From assembly GCA_002840305.1 (NCBI GenBank), contig PHAI01000001.1, positions 112,074 through 176,073 of the forward strand: 64,000 bases of DNA. The letters run 5' to 3'. Below are positions 1 through 9,669 of this stretch, one piece after another. The stretch comes from Candidatus Falkowbacteria bacterium HGW-Falkowbacteria-1 (GTDB lineage: Bacteria > Patescibacteriota > Patescibacteriia > Patescibacteriales > UBA12465). The notes under the pieces are model-generated. The model saw nothing but the letters and a program-made list of their open reading frames with translations. It had not been told where the DNA came from and did no database searches. Made by a program: the position numbers and the translations under genes. Position 1 is the stretch's first letter, and each line of letters begins with the position of its first letter.

Positions 1-2
1 CG

Positions 3-455
3 GTTAAACAGATTATTGATTTGTATGAACAGTATAAATGCCCGATTATTGGTTTATCAGAAGTTGATGAAAATAAGGTAGACAAGTTTGGTGTTATAGA
101 TGGACTTGATTTGGGAAATGGAAATTATGAAATAAAAAGATTCGTAGAAAAACCAAAAGTTGGGGAGGCTCCGTCAAACTTGGCCGCCGTTGGTCTGTAT
201 GTTATTACTCCTGAAATTTTTAAAGTTTTGTCTACTATGAAAAAGGGTAAGTCGGGAGAAATAAGATTGGCGGATGCTTTTGATATTATGTTAGAGAATA
301 ATAGACCTTTGTATGGCAAAAAAATAGAAGGAGAATGGCTTGATACTGGTAGCAAGTTTAACTTTATAAAAGCTACTATAAAGTTGGGCCTAAAAAACGA
401 GGAAGTTAAAGAGGATCTTGCTAATTTTATTAAACAAATAAGTAAGGATATATAA
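3..455 (+). CDS. galU: UTP-glucose-1-phosphate uridylyltransferase-like nucleotidyltransferase, C-terminal part (5' end outside window)
   Basis: FVEKP, PSNLAAVGLY, GEIRLADA, WLDTG motifs. Confidence 0.8.
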   Translation, partial: VKQIIDLYEQYKCPIIGLSEVDENKVDKFGVIDGLDLGNGNYEIKRFVEKPKVGEAPSNLAAVGLYVITPEIFKVLSTMKKGKSGEIRLADAFDIMLENNRPLYGKKIEGEWLDTGSKFNFIKATIKLGLKNEEVKEDLANFIKQISKDI

Positions 456-465
456 TTTATTTATT

Positions 466-1803
466 ATGAACCATTTAGTTCGAAGGATAATATTTTGGTC
501 TTTTTTCTTTATTTTTATAATCTTGACTTTGTATTTGTCCTTGTTGGCTAGTGGGTATATGATTTCTTTTTCCTCTCTCAAGCCTCCATATAAGTTGAGT
601 CTTTTACAAAAGACTGGGATATTGGCTATAAACTCCGAGCCTAAGGGGGCCGAAGTGAGCTTGGTTAAAAATTTTAAGAGTTTTCTAGTCTCTCGTGACG
701 TTTTTAAAGACAAAAAAATAGAAACTCCCTATAAAGCTAAGAATTTAATTCCAGGTGAATATGTTTTAAGGCTTGAATTGGATGGATACTGGCCATTCGA
801 ACAGAAAGTGTATATAAATCAAGGTGAGACAACTTATGTTGAAAATGTGTCCCTGCTTAAGAAGTCTTTGCCTTTAATGATTTTTCCTTCAACGGTTCAA
901 GCTATAGAAGTGGATAGTAATTTTTCTAATGTATTTTTGTCGGAAGATTTGAAAATTTTTAATATAAAAAACGAAACGGAGTTTAATTTAGGCCTAGATG
1001 TTGATAGTCTCAAGTTCTTAGACAATAGTAAGCTTGCGGTCAATGATGATTTAATTTTTGATTTGAATAAAAATAAGTATATTGGATCCAGTCAAGGAGA
1101 TGGTGTCTACAGGAAAAACATAAAAATAAATAAAGACAGAATTTATTATTTAAATTCTGAAAAAAATATTTTTGTTTGTGATTTAGATTTTGAAAATGAT
1201 AGCTTATTTTTTGAAGGAGAAAATATCGATGATTATTTTATTGGTGGTGATTTTATTTTTTTAATTTCAGAAAATTTAGACAAAAAGTATTTTAAAATCT
1301 ATTCTTTTGCAGAAAAAAAACTTGTGAGAGAGCTAGAAATGCCATCTTTCGGTAATTTTCAAATTTATTCTGTTATTGGTAGTTTTGTTTTAGTTCGTGA
1401 TTCTAGCTTTTCAAGCTTGTATATACTGGAGCCGTTTTCAAAAATAAATGTGTTTAGAGGGTTTTTGACAAAAGTAGAAAACATTAATTTTGTAGATAAC
1501 AACAGTTTTGTTTACTCAAGCGGTTTTGAAATTTTTCTTTTTAATTTATCCCTATTTCAAAGCTTTCTAATTTCTCGCTTTGAGGATAATATTACCAGCC
1601 TGCTTTGGCATCCGAAAGAATATGTTATCTTCTCAAATGGCAAGGACATAAACGCTATTGATTTAAAATATAATAAGTATGTGACAAAACTTTTTTCCTT
1701 CGACAAGGTCTCCAATATTGTCTTAGATAAAAATGGCGGAATATTATATTTTACTGGTAAGATAGCCAATCAAGAGGGCTTGTATAAATTGTCTATTCAG
1801 TAG
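466..1803 (+). CDS. Membrane-anchored PEGA-domain protein with probable beta-propeller C-terminus
   Basis: N-terminal TM; INSEPKGAEV...TPYKAKNLIPGEYVLRLELDGY PEGA pattern. Confidence 0.7.
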   Translation: MNHLVRRIIFWSFFFIFIILTLYLSLLASGYMISFSSLKPPYKLSLLQKTGILAINSEPKGAEVSLVKNFKSFLVSRDVFKDKKIETPYKAKNLIPGEYVLRLELDGYWPFEQKVYINQGETTYVENVSLLKKSLPLMIFPSTVQAIEVDSNFSNVFLSEDLKIFNIKNETEFNLGLDVDSLKFLDNSKLAVNDDLIFDLNKNKYIGSSQGDGVYRKNIKINKDRIYYLNSEKNIFVCDLDFENDSLFFEGENIDDYFIGGDFIFLISENLDKKYFKIYSFAEKKLVRELEMPSFGNFQIYSVIGSFVLVRDSSFSSLYILEPFSKINVFRGFLTKVENINFVDNNSFVYSSGFEIFLFNLSLFQSFLISRFEDNITSLLWHPKEYVIFSNGKDINAIDLKYNKYVTKLFSFDKVSNIVLDKNGGILYFTGKIANQEGLYKLSIQ

Positions 1804-1875
1804 TATTTTGTTATAATTGTATTAAATTAGTAAGCGATATTTTCCGTATTTATTTTATTTTTTAATTGATTTTTT

Positions 1876-3135
1876 ATGTCTAAATTTATTATTAATGGTC
1901 AAAAACCATTATCAGGAGAAATAAAAATTAAAGGAGCTAAAAATTTAGCCTTAAAGGTCATTCCGGCCTCTATTTTATCAGAGAAGCCGATGACTATAGG
2001 TAATTTACCAAAAATAGAGGACATTGATAAATCTTTGCAATTGATCAGAGAGATGGGGTTTAAGGTTGAATTAAAGGGAGACAAAGTAATTATAGAGAGT
2101 AAAAATGTCAAAACTTTTGAGCTGTCAGATAAGTTAGCTGATAAATTTAGAACATCTATTATGTTCGTCGGGCCTTTGCTTGCTAGATTTAAAAAAATTA
2201 AATTTCCTCATCCTGGGGGATGTGTCATTGGTGCCGGTGGAAGGCCGATCGATCTCTTTTTGGATGGTTTTTCCGCTATGGGCGCCAAGATAAAAGCTTC
2301 TGGTAAATATTATTTTATAGAAGCAAAAAAATTAAAAGGAATGGATTTCTTTTTTCCAAAGGTTTCCGTTACCGGCACGGAGAGTTTGATGATGACCGCT
2401 TGTTTAGCTGAGGGCCAAACTATCTTAAGAAATTGTGCCATGGAACCTGAAATAAAATATTTAGCTGACTATTTAAATGAAAATGGTGCCAAGATAAAAG
2501 GTGCTGGCACGTCAATGATAGTAATTGATGGTGTAAAAAAAATGGGTGCTGGTAAAATTGAAATAATGCCAGATAGAATAGAAGCCGGATCTTTTGCTAT
2601 TTTAGCCGCAGCCACCAATTCGGAAATTCTTATAAAAGATTGTAACCCCGAACATGTTTCTGTTTTGTTGGCTATTTTTAAAAGAATAGGTGTTAATTTT
2701 GAAACAGGAAAAAATTGGATAAAAATGAAAAAAAGAAACAAAATCAAAGCTTATAGCATCCAAACTCATGAGTATCCTGGCTTTCCTACTGATTTGCAGT
2801 CTCCTTATGCGGTTTTAATGACTCAAGCTGATGGCATGTCTTTGATTCATGAAACGATTTATGACAGGCGTTTGATTTGGACGGATATGTTATCACAAAT
2901 GGGCGCAAATATTACCATGTGTGATCCTCATCGTGTGGTTATAAATGGTCCAAGTAAACTATATGGCAAAAAATTAATCAGCCCAGATATTAGAGCTGGT
3001 ATTGGTTTGGTCATAGCCGCTTTAATGGCAAAGGGTAGAACAGAGATAGACAATATTTATCAGATAGACAGAGGTTATGAAAAAATAGATGAAAGATTAA
3101 GGAGGCTGGGAGCGGATATTGTTAGAGTGGATTAA
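1876..3135 (+). CDS. murA: UDP-N-acetylglucosamine 1-carboxyvinyltransferase
   Basis: GAKN, PGGCVIG, PDRIEAGS, PGFPTDLQ, IDRGYE. Confidence 0.97.
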   Translation: MSKFIINGQKPLSGEIKIKGAKNLALKVIPASILSEKPMTIGNLPKIEDIDKSLQLIREMGFKVELKGDKVIIESKNVKTFELSDKLADKFRTSIMFVGPLLARFKKIKFPHPGGCVIGAGGRPIDLFLDGFSAMGAKIKASGKYYFIEAKKLKGMDFFFPKVSVTGTESLMMTACLAEGQTILRNCAMEPEIKYLADYLNENGAKIKGAGTSMIVIDGVKKMGAGKIEIMPDRIEAGSFAILAAATNSEILIKDCNPEHVSVLLAIFKRIGVNFETGKNWIKMKKRNKIKAYSIQTHEYPGFPTDLQSPYAVLMTQADGMSLIHETIYDRRLIWTDMLSQMGANITMCDPHRVVINGPSKLYGKKLISPDIRAGIGLVIAALMAKGRTEIDNIYQIDRGYEKIDERLRRLGADIVRVD

Positions 3136-3254
3136 ATACAAATAGCCGTTTATTTTTTTGTTGCAATAAATTGTAAAGTTTTTAGGTTCTTATGGCTTTT
3201 GCTATTTTGCCCTAAAATATTTTAAATAAATATTTAATAATCATTATAAAAACT

Positions 3255-4676
3255 ATGCTTAATAAAAAACAAAAAGCTTTTACACTTATTGAATTATTAG
3301 TGGTAATAGCTATTATAGGTATTTTGGCTACTCTAGCGGTTGTAGCTCTACAGCAAGCCAGACAAAATGCTAGAGACGCAAAAAGAGTGGCGGACATGAA
3401 ACAGGTCTCCACTGCTTTAGAATTGTTTTTTAGTGAAAATGGTAGATATCCAACAACTGATGAGTGGAACAGTGGCGCTATAACCTCTTCTAGTACAGGG
3501 GAAATATTTATGTATAGCATTCCTGTTGCCCCAACCCCTGCTGATGGAAATTGCTCTCCCGCCTCTAATACTTATGCCTACATTCCTGTTGATAATGGCA
3601 ATAGTTATGCCATTAATTTTTGTATTGGAAAACAACTTTCAAATCTTAATGACGGAGCCAAGACAATGATCCCTGGTGGTATAGTTGATTATAGTGGCCA
3701 ACTAGAAGAAGAGCCAGGGGGTTGTTTGCCAGAATGTTCTGAGGGTTATATTTGTAATGAAGGAGAATGTGACCTTGTTGCTTGGGTTGAGCAATCACTT
3801 TCTGGTTCAAGAGAATGGTATTCTATAACCTCATCTTCTGATGGTACTAAATTGGCGGCGTGCGCTATGAATGGTTATATTTATACCTCTTCTGACTCAG
3901 GCCAAACTTGGGTGGAGAGAATTTCTGCTGGTTCAAGAAGCTGGGCGGCTATAAGCTCTTCGTCCGACGGAACAAAGCTTGTAGCGGTTAATAATTATTC
4001 TGGTGGAAGTAGTGGCGGGTATATTTATACCTCTTCTGATTCTGGACAGACCTGGGCAGAGAGAACGTCTTCTGGCGAAAGAAGTTGGGAAGGAGTAACC
4101 TCGTCTTCTGACGGAGTAAATTTGGCTGCCGTGGCTTACAATAGTGATTATATTTATACGTCAGATGACTCCGGTGTAACATGGACTGCCAGAACTTCGG
4201 CTGGAGCAAGAGATTGGGACACCATTGATTCTTCTTCTGACGGCTCTATGTTAGCAGCCATCAGTGAATGTGGGTATTTATATACATCTTCTGATTATGG
4301 GGTTACCTGGGTAGAGCAAACTTCTCTTGGGTCAAAATGTTGGAGTTCAGTTGCTTTTTCTTCTGACGGAGAAAGAGCCGTCGCCGTGGCCGCTACTCTT
4401 GATAGTGTTTATGTTTCTTCTGACTTTGCTCAAACGTGGACAGAAAAAGCATCTTCTGGATCAAGAGCTTGGTATTCAGTTTGCTCATCGTCCGATGGAA
4501 GAAAAATATTTTCCGCCGTTTGGGGTGGCTATATTTATGCATCCTATGATTATGGCGAAACATGGGTTGAACAAACTCCTTCTGGCGCAAGAAACTGGGT
4601 TGATATTTCTTGTTCAAACGACGCCAACGAAGTGTCCGCTGCCGTTAACAATGGGTATATATATACCTACAGATAA
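3255..4676 (+). CDS. Type IV pilin fused to C-terminal Asp-box (BNR) beta-propeller
   Basis: Class III signal KA|[13 protein letters not shown]; about seven ~41-aa repeats W..I.SSSDG.KL.A...GYIYTSSDSGQTW. Confidence 0.88.
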   Translation: MLNKKQKAFTLIELLVVIAIIGILATLAVVALQQARQNARDAKRVADMKQVSTALELFFSENGRYPTTDEWNSGAITSSSTGEIFMYSIPVAPTPADGNCSPASNTYAYIPVDNGNSYAINFCIGKQLSNLNDGAKTMIPGGIVDYSGQLEEEPGGCLPECSEGYICNEGECDLVAWVEQSLSGSREWYSITSSSDGTKLAACAMNGYIYTSSDSGQTWVERISAGSRSWAAISSSSDGTKLVAVNNYSGGSSGGYIYTSSDSGQTWAERTSSGERSWEGVTSSSDGVNLAAVAYNSDYIYTSDDSGVTWTARTSAGARDWDTIDSSSDGSMLAAISECGYLYTSSDYGVTWVEQTSLGSKCWSSVAFSSDGERAVAVAATLDSVYVSSDFAQTWTEKASSGSRAWYSVCSSSDGRKIFSAVWGGYIYASYDYGETWVEQTPSGARNWVDISCSNDANEVSAAVNNGYIYTYR

Positions 4677-4790
4677 TTTCCGCATTGTTGACAATTTATT
4701 TAGATTTGTTAATATGTATCTATTAAAGGAATATGGTTTTCCTGGTTTTTTGGTTTAATATTAATTTATATATAAATAAAGCATAAAAAT

Positions 4791-5105
4791 ATGACAAAGA
4801 TAGCGGTTATAAAAACAGGCGGAAAACAGTATAAGGTTAAAGAAGGCGATGTTATTAAGATTGAAAAACTCCCTCTCGAAGACGGAAAAAAGGTTAAATT
4901 TGAAACCTTAATGATTGCTGATACCGACGGCAGCTCTATTGAAATTGGAGCTCCTTTTTTGGGAGAAAAAGTTGAAGGAGAAACTGTTTCTCAAGGTAGA
5001 GCCAAGAAGATTTTAGTTATAAAATACAAAAACAAAACTAGATACAAAAGAACTATCGGCCATAGACAAGAATTTAGTCAAGTGAAGATTGAAAAGATAG
5101 CTTAA
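4791..5105 (+). CDS. rplU: 50S ribosomal protein L21
   Basis: AVIKTGGKQYKV, GHRQ. Confidence 0.97.
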   Translation: MTKIAVIKTGGKQYKVKEGDVIKIEKLPLEDGKKVKFETLMIADTDGSSIEIGAPFLGEKVEGETVSQGRAKKILVIKYKNKTRYKRTIGHRQEFSQVKIEKIA

Positions 5106-5123
5106 TATTTCAAACATATTTCT

Positions 5124-5153
5124 AAAAAATGAGCCAGTATTTGGCTCATTTTT
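5124..5153. terminator. Bidirectional intrinsic terminator between rplU and recR
   Basis: AAAAAATGAGCCA-GTATT-TGGCTCATTTTT. Confidence 0.8.
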
Positions 5154-5769
5154 ATTTTAACTCATTTCTGTATTTTAAAGCATTACTCAGAGTAGTTTCG
5201 TCCACGTACTCCAGGCTCATTCCAGTTGACAATCCTTGAGCTAGTTTACTTATTTTTATTTTTGGGCTTTTTAATATTCTTTTTAAATAAAGAGAAGTCG
5301 TCTCTCCCTCAATAGTTGGACTTAGAGCTAATATCATTTCTATTTTTCCATTTTTTTTAATTAACTCGTTTATATGTTTTACCAATTTTTTTATATTTAA
5401 TTTTTCTGGTCCAATGTTTTCTATAGTATTTACGAGTCCATTAAGTATAAAATATTTTCCGTTATATTGTTTGGTATTTTCAATGCTGGACATGTCTTGG
5501 AAGTTGGCTATTATACAGATTAAATTTTCTTGTCTTTTGTCGTCAGAACATATTGGACAAATTTCTTTTTCCGAAAAAGCTGAACATTTTTGACAAATCT
5601 TAAAACCATCAAAAATATTATTTAAGTCTTTGGCTAATAATTTAATTTGCCCTGGGCTTTGTTTCATTATATGGAATACGTATCTTTCGGCCGTTTTTCG
5701 GCCTACTCCGGGCAATTTTGAAAATTGTTGGATCAGGTTTTCTATTGTTTTTGGGTAATGTATTGACAT
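5152..5769 (-). CDS. recR: Recombination mediator RecR
   Basis: LPGVGRKTAER, CxxC..CxxC, Toprim PTIEGETT. Confidence 0.96.
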   Translation of the reverse strand: MSIHYPKTIENLIQQFSKLPGVGRKTAERYVFHIMKQSPGQIKLLAKDLNNIFDGFKICQKCSAFSEKEICPICSDDKRQENLICIIANFQDMSSIENTKQYNGKYFILNGLVNTIENIGPEKLNIKKLVKHINELIKKNGKIEMILALSPTIEGETTSLYLKRILKSPKIKISKLAQGLSTGMSLEYVDETTLSNALKYRNELK

Positions 5770-5812
5770 TTTTTTTAAAATAGTTTATATTTCTCTAGTA
5801 GTTTTTTAACAA
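5763..5812 (+). promoter_or_regulatory. Sigma70 promoter plus boxA-like leader motif
   Basis: TTGACA-17-TATATT then GTTTTTTAACAA (5801-5812). Confidence 0.6.
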
Positions 5813-5828
5813 TTAAACAAATATCTTT

Positions 5829-6197
5829 ATGGTGACATCGTTTTCTGTTCTTAAATTTCGTAAAATATCCTCCCGCAAGGTAGAGGAAAAACAGAGTATC
5901 AATTCTTTTGTTCTTCGGAACAACAATGGCCAGTTAGTTCAGATAAGGCCTGGGCTTTGCAAATCGAAACCAAAGTCCTTTTTTGAAAAAATTTTCACAG
6001 GGAAAGATGTTCCTAATAAAGTTATTTTTGTCGGAAATTTGGAGACCGCTCAAACAAGGGCGGCTAATCGGCATTATTACGAAAGGGTCTTAAAGTTGAC
6101 CGAAAGTAAAGAATATAAATTACAAGAAGTAGTTTATAATGACCCCCATCATGCTCTCGAGCAAGAGGAGAGGGGTTTTGTTTTCTCGGCCAACTAA
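5829..6197 (+). CDS. Hypothetical protein (standalone unit)
   Basis: 122-aa ORF with own promoter and terminator (GCGCCTTC-AACA-GAGGGCGC-T run, ~6218-6243). Confidence 0.65.
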   Translation: MVTSFSVLKFRKISSRKVEEKQSINSFVLRNNNGQLVQIRPGLCKSKPKSFFEKIFTGKDVPNKVIFVGNLETAQTRAANRHYYERVLKLTESKEYKLQEVVYNDPHHALEQEERGFVFSAN

Positions 6198-6254
6198 TTT
6201 AAGACATTTATCTTCACGCGCCTTCAACAGAGGGCGCTTTTTTATTTTCTACAA

Positions 6255-6530
6255 TTAGTTTAATCCTGGTATTCCACCCATTTCTTGCATTTTTTTGGCC
6301 ATTATTCTTTGTGTTTTTTTTATAGCGTCATTAAAAAGATCTTTAGTTGTTCTAGCAATCTCTTCTTTGCTTGAGTCGTTGTTTATAGATAGCTCCATGA
6401 TTTCCATATTGCCGTTCATTACTAACTTTATTCCATTTTTTTCTAATTCAACTTTTTCATCCGCCAAAGCATTTTGCATTGTTTTGGCTTGGCTTCTTAA
6501 ATCTTTTAATTGTTTTAGTTTATTAAACAT
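6255..6530 (-). CDS. ybaB: YbaB/EbfC nucleoid-associated protein
   Basis: MFNKLKQLKDLRSQAKTMQ...MNGNMEI...MGGIPG; position near recR; start moved to ATG 6530. Confidence 0.85.
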   Translation of the reverse strand: MFNKLKQLKDLRSQAKTMQNALADEKVELEKNGIKLVMNGNMEIMELSINNDSSKEEIARTTKDLFNDAIKKTQRIMAKKMQEMGGIPGLN

Positions 6531-6612
6531 AAATTTTTTTGTTGCGCTGTAGTCAAATAAGCACAAAGTGCTTTTATATGAACAAGAGCGAATATTTGAT
6601 TATTGTTAGATA

Positions 6613-7998
6613 TTAATTATCTTCTTTTTTTGATAAATTTCTAAAGCTGGCAGTTTCTTCGGAGAAAAATAGATCTATTTTTCCGGTTGGGCCGTTTCTA
6701 TGTTTGGCTATGTGAATTTCGGCTTTATATCTTTCTTCCATTGATAATTCTTGAACATTAAAAGCTCTGTCGGCCGCTTTTCTGTATATAAACATTACAA
6801 CGTCAGCGTCTTGTTCAATGGATCCCGAATCTCTAAGATGGGAAAGCTTTGGTATTGACGAGCCTGTTTGTTGTTCGGCTGCTCTAGATAATTGGGCTAG
6901 AGCCAAAACGGGGACGTTTAATTCTCTGGCTATACCTTTTAGTCCGCGACTAATTTCTGATATTTCTTGAACGCGGTTGTCACTAAATTTTCCTCGCCCC
7001 TCCATTAACTGCAAGTAGTCGATAACTATTAACCCCAATCCCTTTTCTGATTGAAGCCTTCTGCTTTTTGCTCTTATTTCCATAACCGATGAATTGGGGG
7101 TGTCATCTATATATATTGGTGTTTCGGCTAAAATACCCATAGCTTCTCCTATTTTTTGAAAATCATTATCTTCTTCTTTGTCTGATAAATTTCCGGTTCT
7201 CATTTTCCATAGATTTACATTAGCTTGAGCACAAAGCATTCTGTCTACGAGTTGCTCCTTGCTCATTTCTAAAGAAAATAGTCCTACCCCAACTTTATTT
7301 TTTATAGCTGCCTGACGAGCAATGTCTAAAGCCAAAGATGTTTTTCCGACGCTAGGTCTGGCTGCCAAGATTACTAAATCAGATTTTTGTAAGCCAGCCA
7401 AAAGATTGTCTAAATCATGAAAACCAGTTGATAGTCCTCTTAATTTTCCGCCTTTTTTGTGTAATTCATCTATTCTTTCGAAAGCTTCGGTGAGCAAATT
7501 GTCTATTCCTGAAAATGAATTTTTTAAGTATTTCCTAGAAACACTAAACATTTTTTTTTCTGCTTGGTCAAGAATTTCATCTACATCTCTCTCTTCTTCA
7601 AAGCTTAAGTCCATTATTTCACTGGCTGATATTTGTAGTCTTCTAAGCGTTGCCTTTTTTTGTATTAAGTTGGCATAATAAGAAATATTGGCTGTTGTGG
7701 CGACCGTGTTTGATAGTTGAGCCAAATAACTTCTGCCACCTATTTCGGCTATTAATTTTTTTTCTTCTAATTTGTTAGACAGGGTTATAATATCTACCGG
7801 CTCTTGATTATTGAAGAGCTCTATCATTGATTCGAATATTGATTGGTGGTTATTGTAATAAAAGTCAATCGGATTTAGTATATCCATTACTTTAAAAATA
7901 GCCTCTTTGTCTAATAGTAAGCAACCTAGAAGGGATTGCTCTGCTTCAATATTCTGTGGAGGCATCTTGCCGAGTTGATTTTGCTTTTCTTCAGCCAT
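6613..7998 (-). CDS. dnaB: Replicative DNA helicase
   Basis: PPQNIEAEQSLLG, AARPSVGKT, IDYLQLM, LRDSGSIEQDAD, KHRNGPTG. Confidence 0.98.
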   Translation of the reverse strand: MAEEKQNQLGKMPPQNIEAEQSLLGCLLLDKEAIFKVMDILNPIDFYYNNHQSIFESMIELFNNQEPVDIITLSNKLEEKKLIAEIGGRSYLAQLSNTVATTANISYYANLIQKKATLRRLQISASEIMDLSFEEERDVDEILDQAEKKMFSVSRKYLKNSFSGIDNLLTEAFERIDELHKKGGKLRGLSTGFHDLDNLLAGLQKSDLVILAARPSVGKTSLALDIARQAAIKNKVGVGLFSLEMSKEQLVDRMLCAQANVNLWKMRTGNLSDKEEDNDFQKIGEAMGILAETPIYIDDTPNSSVMEIRAKSRRLQSEKGLGLIVIDYLQLMEGRGKFSDNRVQEISEISRGLKGIARELNVPVLALAQLSRAAEQQTGSSIPKLSHLRDSGSIEQDADVVMFIYRKAADRAFNVQELSMEERYKAEIHIAKHRNGPTGKIDLFFSEETASFRNLSKKEDN

Positions 7999-8229
7999 AG
8001 TTCATGTTTTACGTGTCTATTTTTTAGAATAATTACATAGTATCTTAAAATAGATATTTTATCAAGGTGGTTTTTGGTCTTTTGTTTAGGCAGTTTTCCA
8101 TTCTTTTTCAACTTGTTTTCCACCTGTTACTTGTCGATTGTTTATACTATTGCCAAAACTTTTTTTTTGCTTTATAATCAAACTAATCATAGATTTTCAG
8201 TTTTATGATATTTTTTTGTTGTAATCTAT

Positions 8230-8302
8230 GCGCCTATAGCTCAGTTGGTAGAGCAGCAGCCTTTTAAGCTGATGGTCGCAGGTCCGAATCCTGCTGGGCG
8301 CA
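8230..8302 (+). tRNA. tRNA-Lys(UUU)
   Basis: Cloverleaf, anticodon loop CTTTTAA; atypical T-loop TCCGAAT. Confidence 0.92.
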
Positions 8303-8311
8303 CATTTTTTA

Positions 8312-8427
8312 TAGGATTATTAGGATTTTTGAAATACTTAGGGCGCTTGGGGCTTTGAAAACGTAAAAGTTTTAACAATAACATTGGTTTTAATAATCTC
8401 AAATATCCCAAGAATCTTAACAGCTCC
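8312..8427. repeat. Degenerate 9-bp tandem repeats in inverted arms between tRNAs
   Basis: TAGGATTAT-TAGGATTTT-TGAAATACT... and ...TAATAATCT-CAAATATCC-CAAGAATCT. Confidence 0.55.
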
Positions 8428-8434
8428 ACTTGTT

Positions 8435-8508
8435 GCCGCCTTAGCTCAGTTGGTTAGAGCGACTGTTTTGTAAACAGTAGGTCGTCGGTTCGAATCCGAC
8501 AGGCGGCT
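8435..8508 (+). tRNA. tRNA-Thr(UGU)
   Basis: ACTGT-TTTGTAA-ACAGT anticodon arm, GGTTCGAATCC. Confidence 0.96.
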
Positions 8509-8627
8509 CAGATTTTAAAAATACTCTTTTGGGTATTTTTTTATTAGAGTTTTTATTTTTTCTTTAGGTTTAATTTATTTAGAATATTCTAAAGTTTTTT
8601 TATTAGATATTTCTTGAAGAAATTAAA

Positions 8628-9572
8628 ATGAGGATATTGATTAAATATAAAAAAGCATTAGCTATTTTTTTATTAAATTTATTTATCTTATTTAGTTTTG
8701 TTTTTTGTCTCTTTTGTGATCGTCGCTTTATTGGTATTGGGCTTGTTTTTACTTGTTTGTTTTCTATTATTTTTTTAAATTCAATCGTTCTTTATTTAAT
8801 TAAAATTTTAAAGAAAGAAAGAAAAAATATTTGTTTTTGTAGAGAAGATTCAAGCTCAAAAATTAGCGCCTGTCTTAATAAGATGGCCAAAGTTTATAAT
8901 GTGATGGAAATCAGCAAAATATCCTCTGGTATTTATCATGATTTAGCTAATATCTTAACTGCTTTGAATTTGTCTGTTAATCAAATAAAATATGTTGGTG
9001 GCAATGAAAGGGACGTGGGCGTATTAGTTAAAGAAACTTTGAACATTTCTCAAAAAGCTGGCTCGCTTGTTTCTTTTTTGAAAAATCAATGTTGTAAAAA
9101 ATTTGAAATCACTAAATTTAATTTGGCCGATGAAATCAAGAATTGTTTGTCGTTGTTTAACTTTTATTTTATAAAATATGATATAACAATCGAAACGACA
9201 CTTCAAGATGATATTTATTTGTTCGCTAGTCATATAAAATTTGATCAAACTATTATTAATATCATAAGCAACGCCATCGATTCTTTAAAAAGCAAGAGCA
9301 CTAATTGTTCCAGAAAAATATTTGTAAAATTGTTCAGGGAAGCCTCTTTCATCAAAATAATTATTAAAGACGGAGGAGTTGGTATTGATAAAGATAATTT
9401 AAGCAAAATCTTTAATCCATTTTTTTCATTGAAAGATGATGAAAGTAATAATCATTGTGGTTTGGGGCTCTTTTTGGTTAGGAGTATTATTGAAAATGAT
9501 TTTTTTGGAAAAATTAAAGTAAAAAGCGATACTAATCGAGGTGCTAAGTTTATAATTAAAATTCCCGGGTGA
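8628..9572 (+). CDS. Membrane sensor histidine kinase
   Basis: Two TMs, H-box YHDLAN, N-box NIISNAID, DGGVGI, FNPFFS, GLGL. Confidence 0.85.
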   Translation: MRILIKYKKALAIFLLNLFILFSFVFCLFCDRRFIGIGLVFTCLFSIIFLNSIVLYLIKILKKERKNICFCREDSSSKISACLNKMAKVYNVMEISKISSGIYHDLANILTALNLSVNQIKYVGGNERDVGVLVKETLNISQKAGSLVSFLKNQCCKKFEITKFNLADEIKNCLSLFNFYFIKYDITIETTLQDDIYLFASHIKFDQTIINIISNAIDSLKSKSTNCSRKIFVKLFREASFIKIIIKDGGVGIDKDNLSKIFNPFFSLKDDESNNHCGLGLFLVRSIIENDFFGKIKVKSDTNRGAKFIIKIPG

Positions 9573-9669
9573 TTAAATGGATCTATTTTTAAATAAATCA
9601 TATCAATATAACGATTTGATTTTTTGATTTAGTAATGTTAATATTTAGTCATATTATTATATTTTTATT

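Noticed and set aside
3780-4676. DNA repeats in the pilin-propeller gene as CRISPR or DGR template/variable repeats
   Set aside because: They are in-frame protein repeats with ordinary divergence, and no RT is present
8241-8429. 62-aa minus-strand ORF
   Set aside because: Antisense to tRNA-Lys and the 9-bp repeats; open only because of 9-nt periodicity
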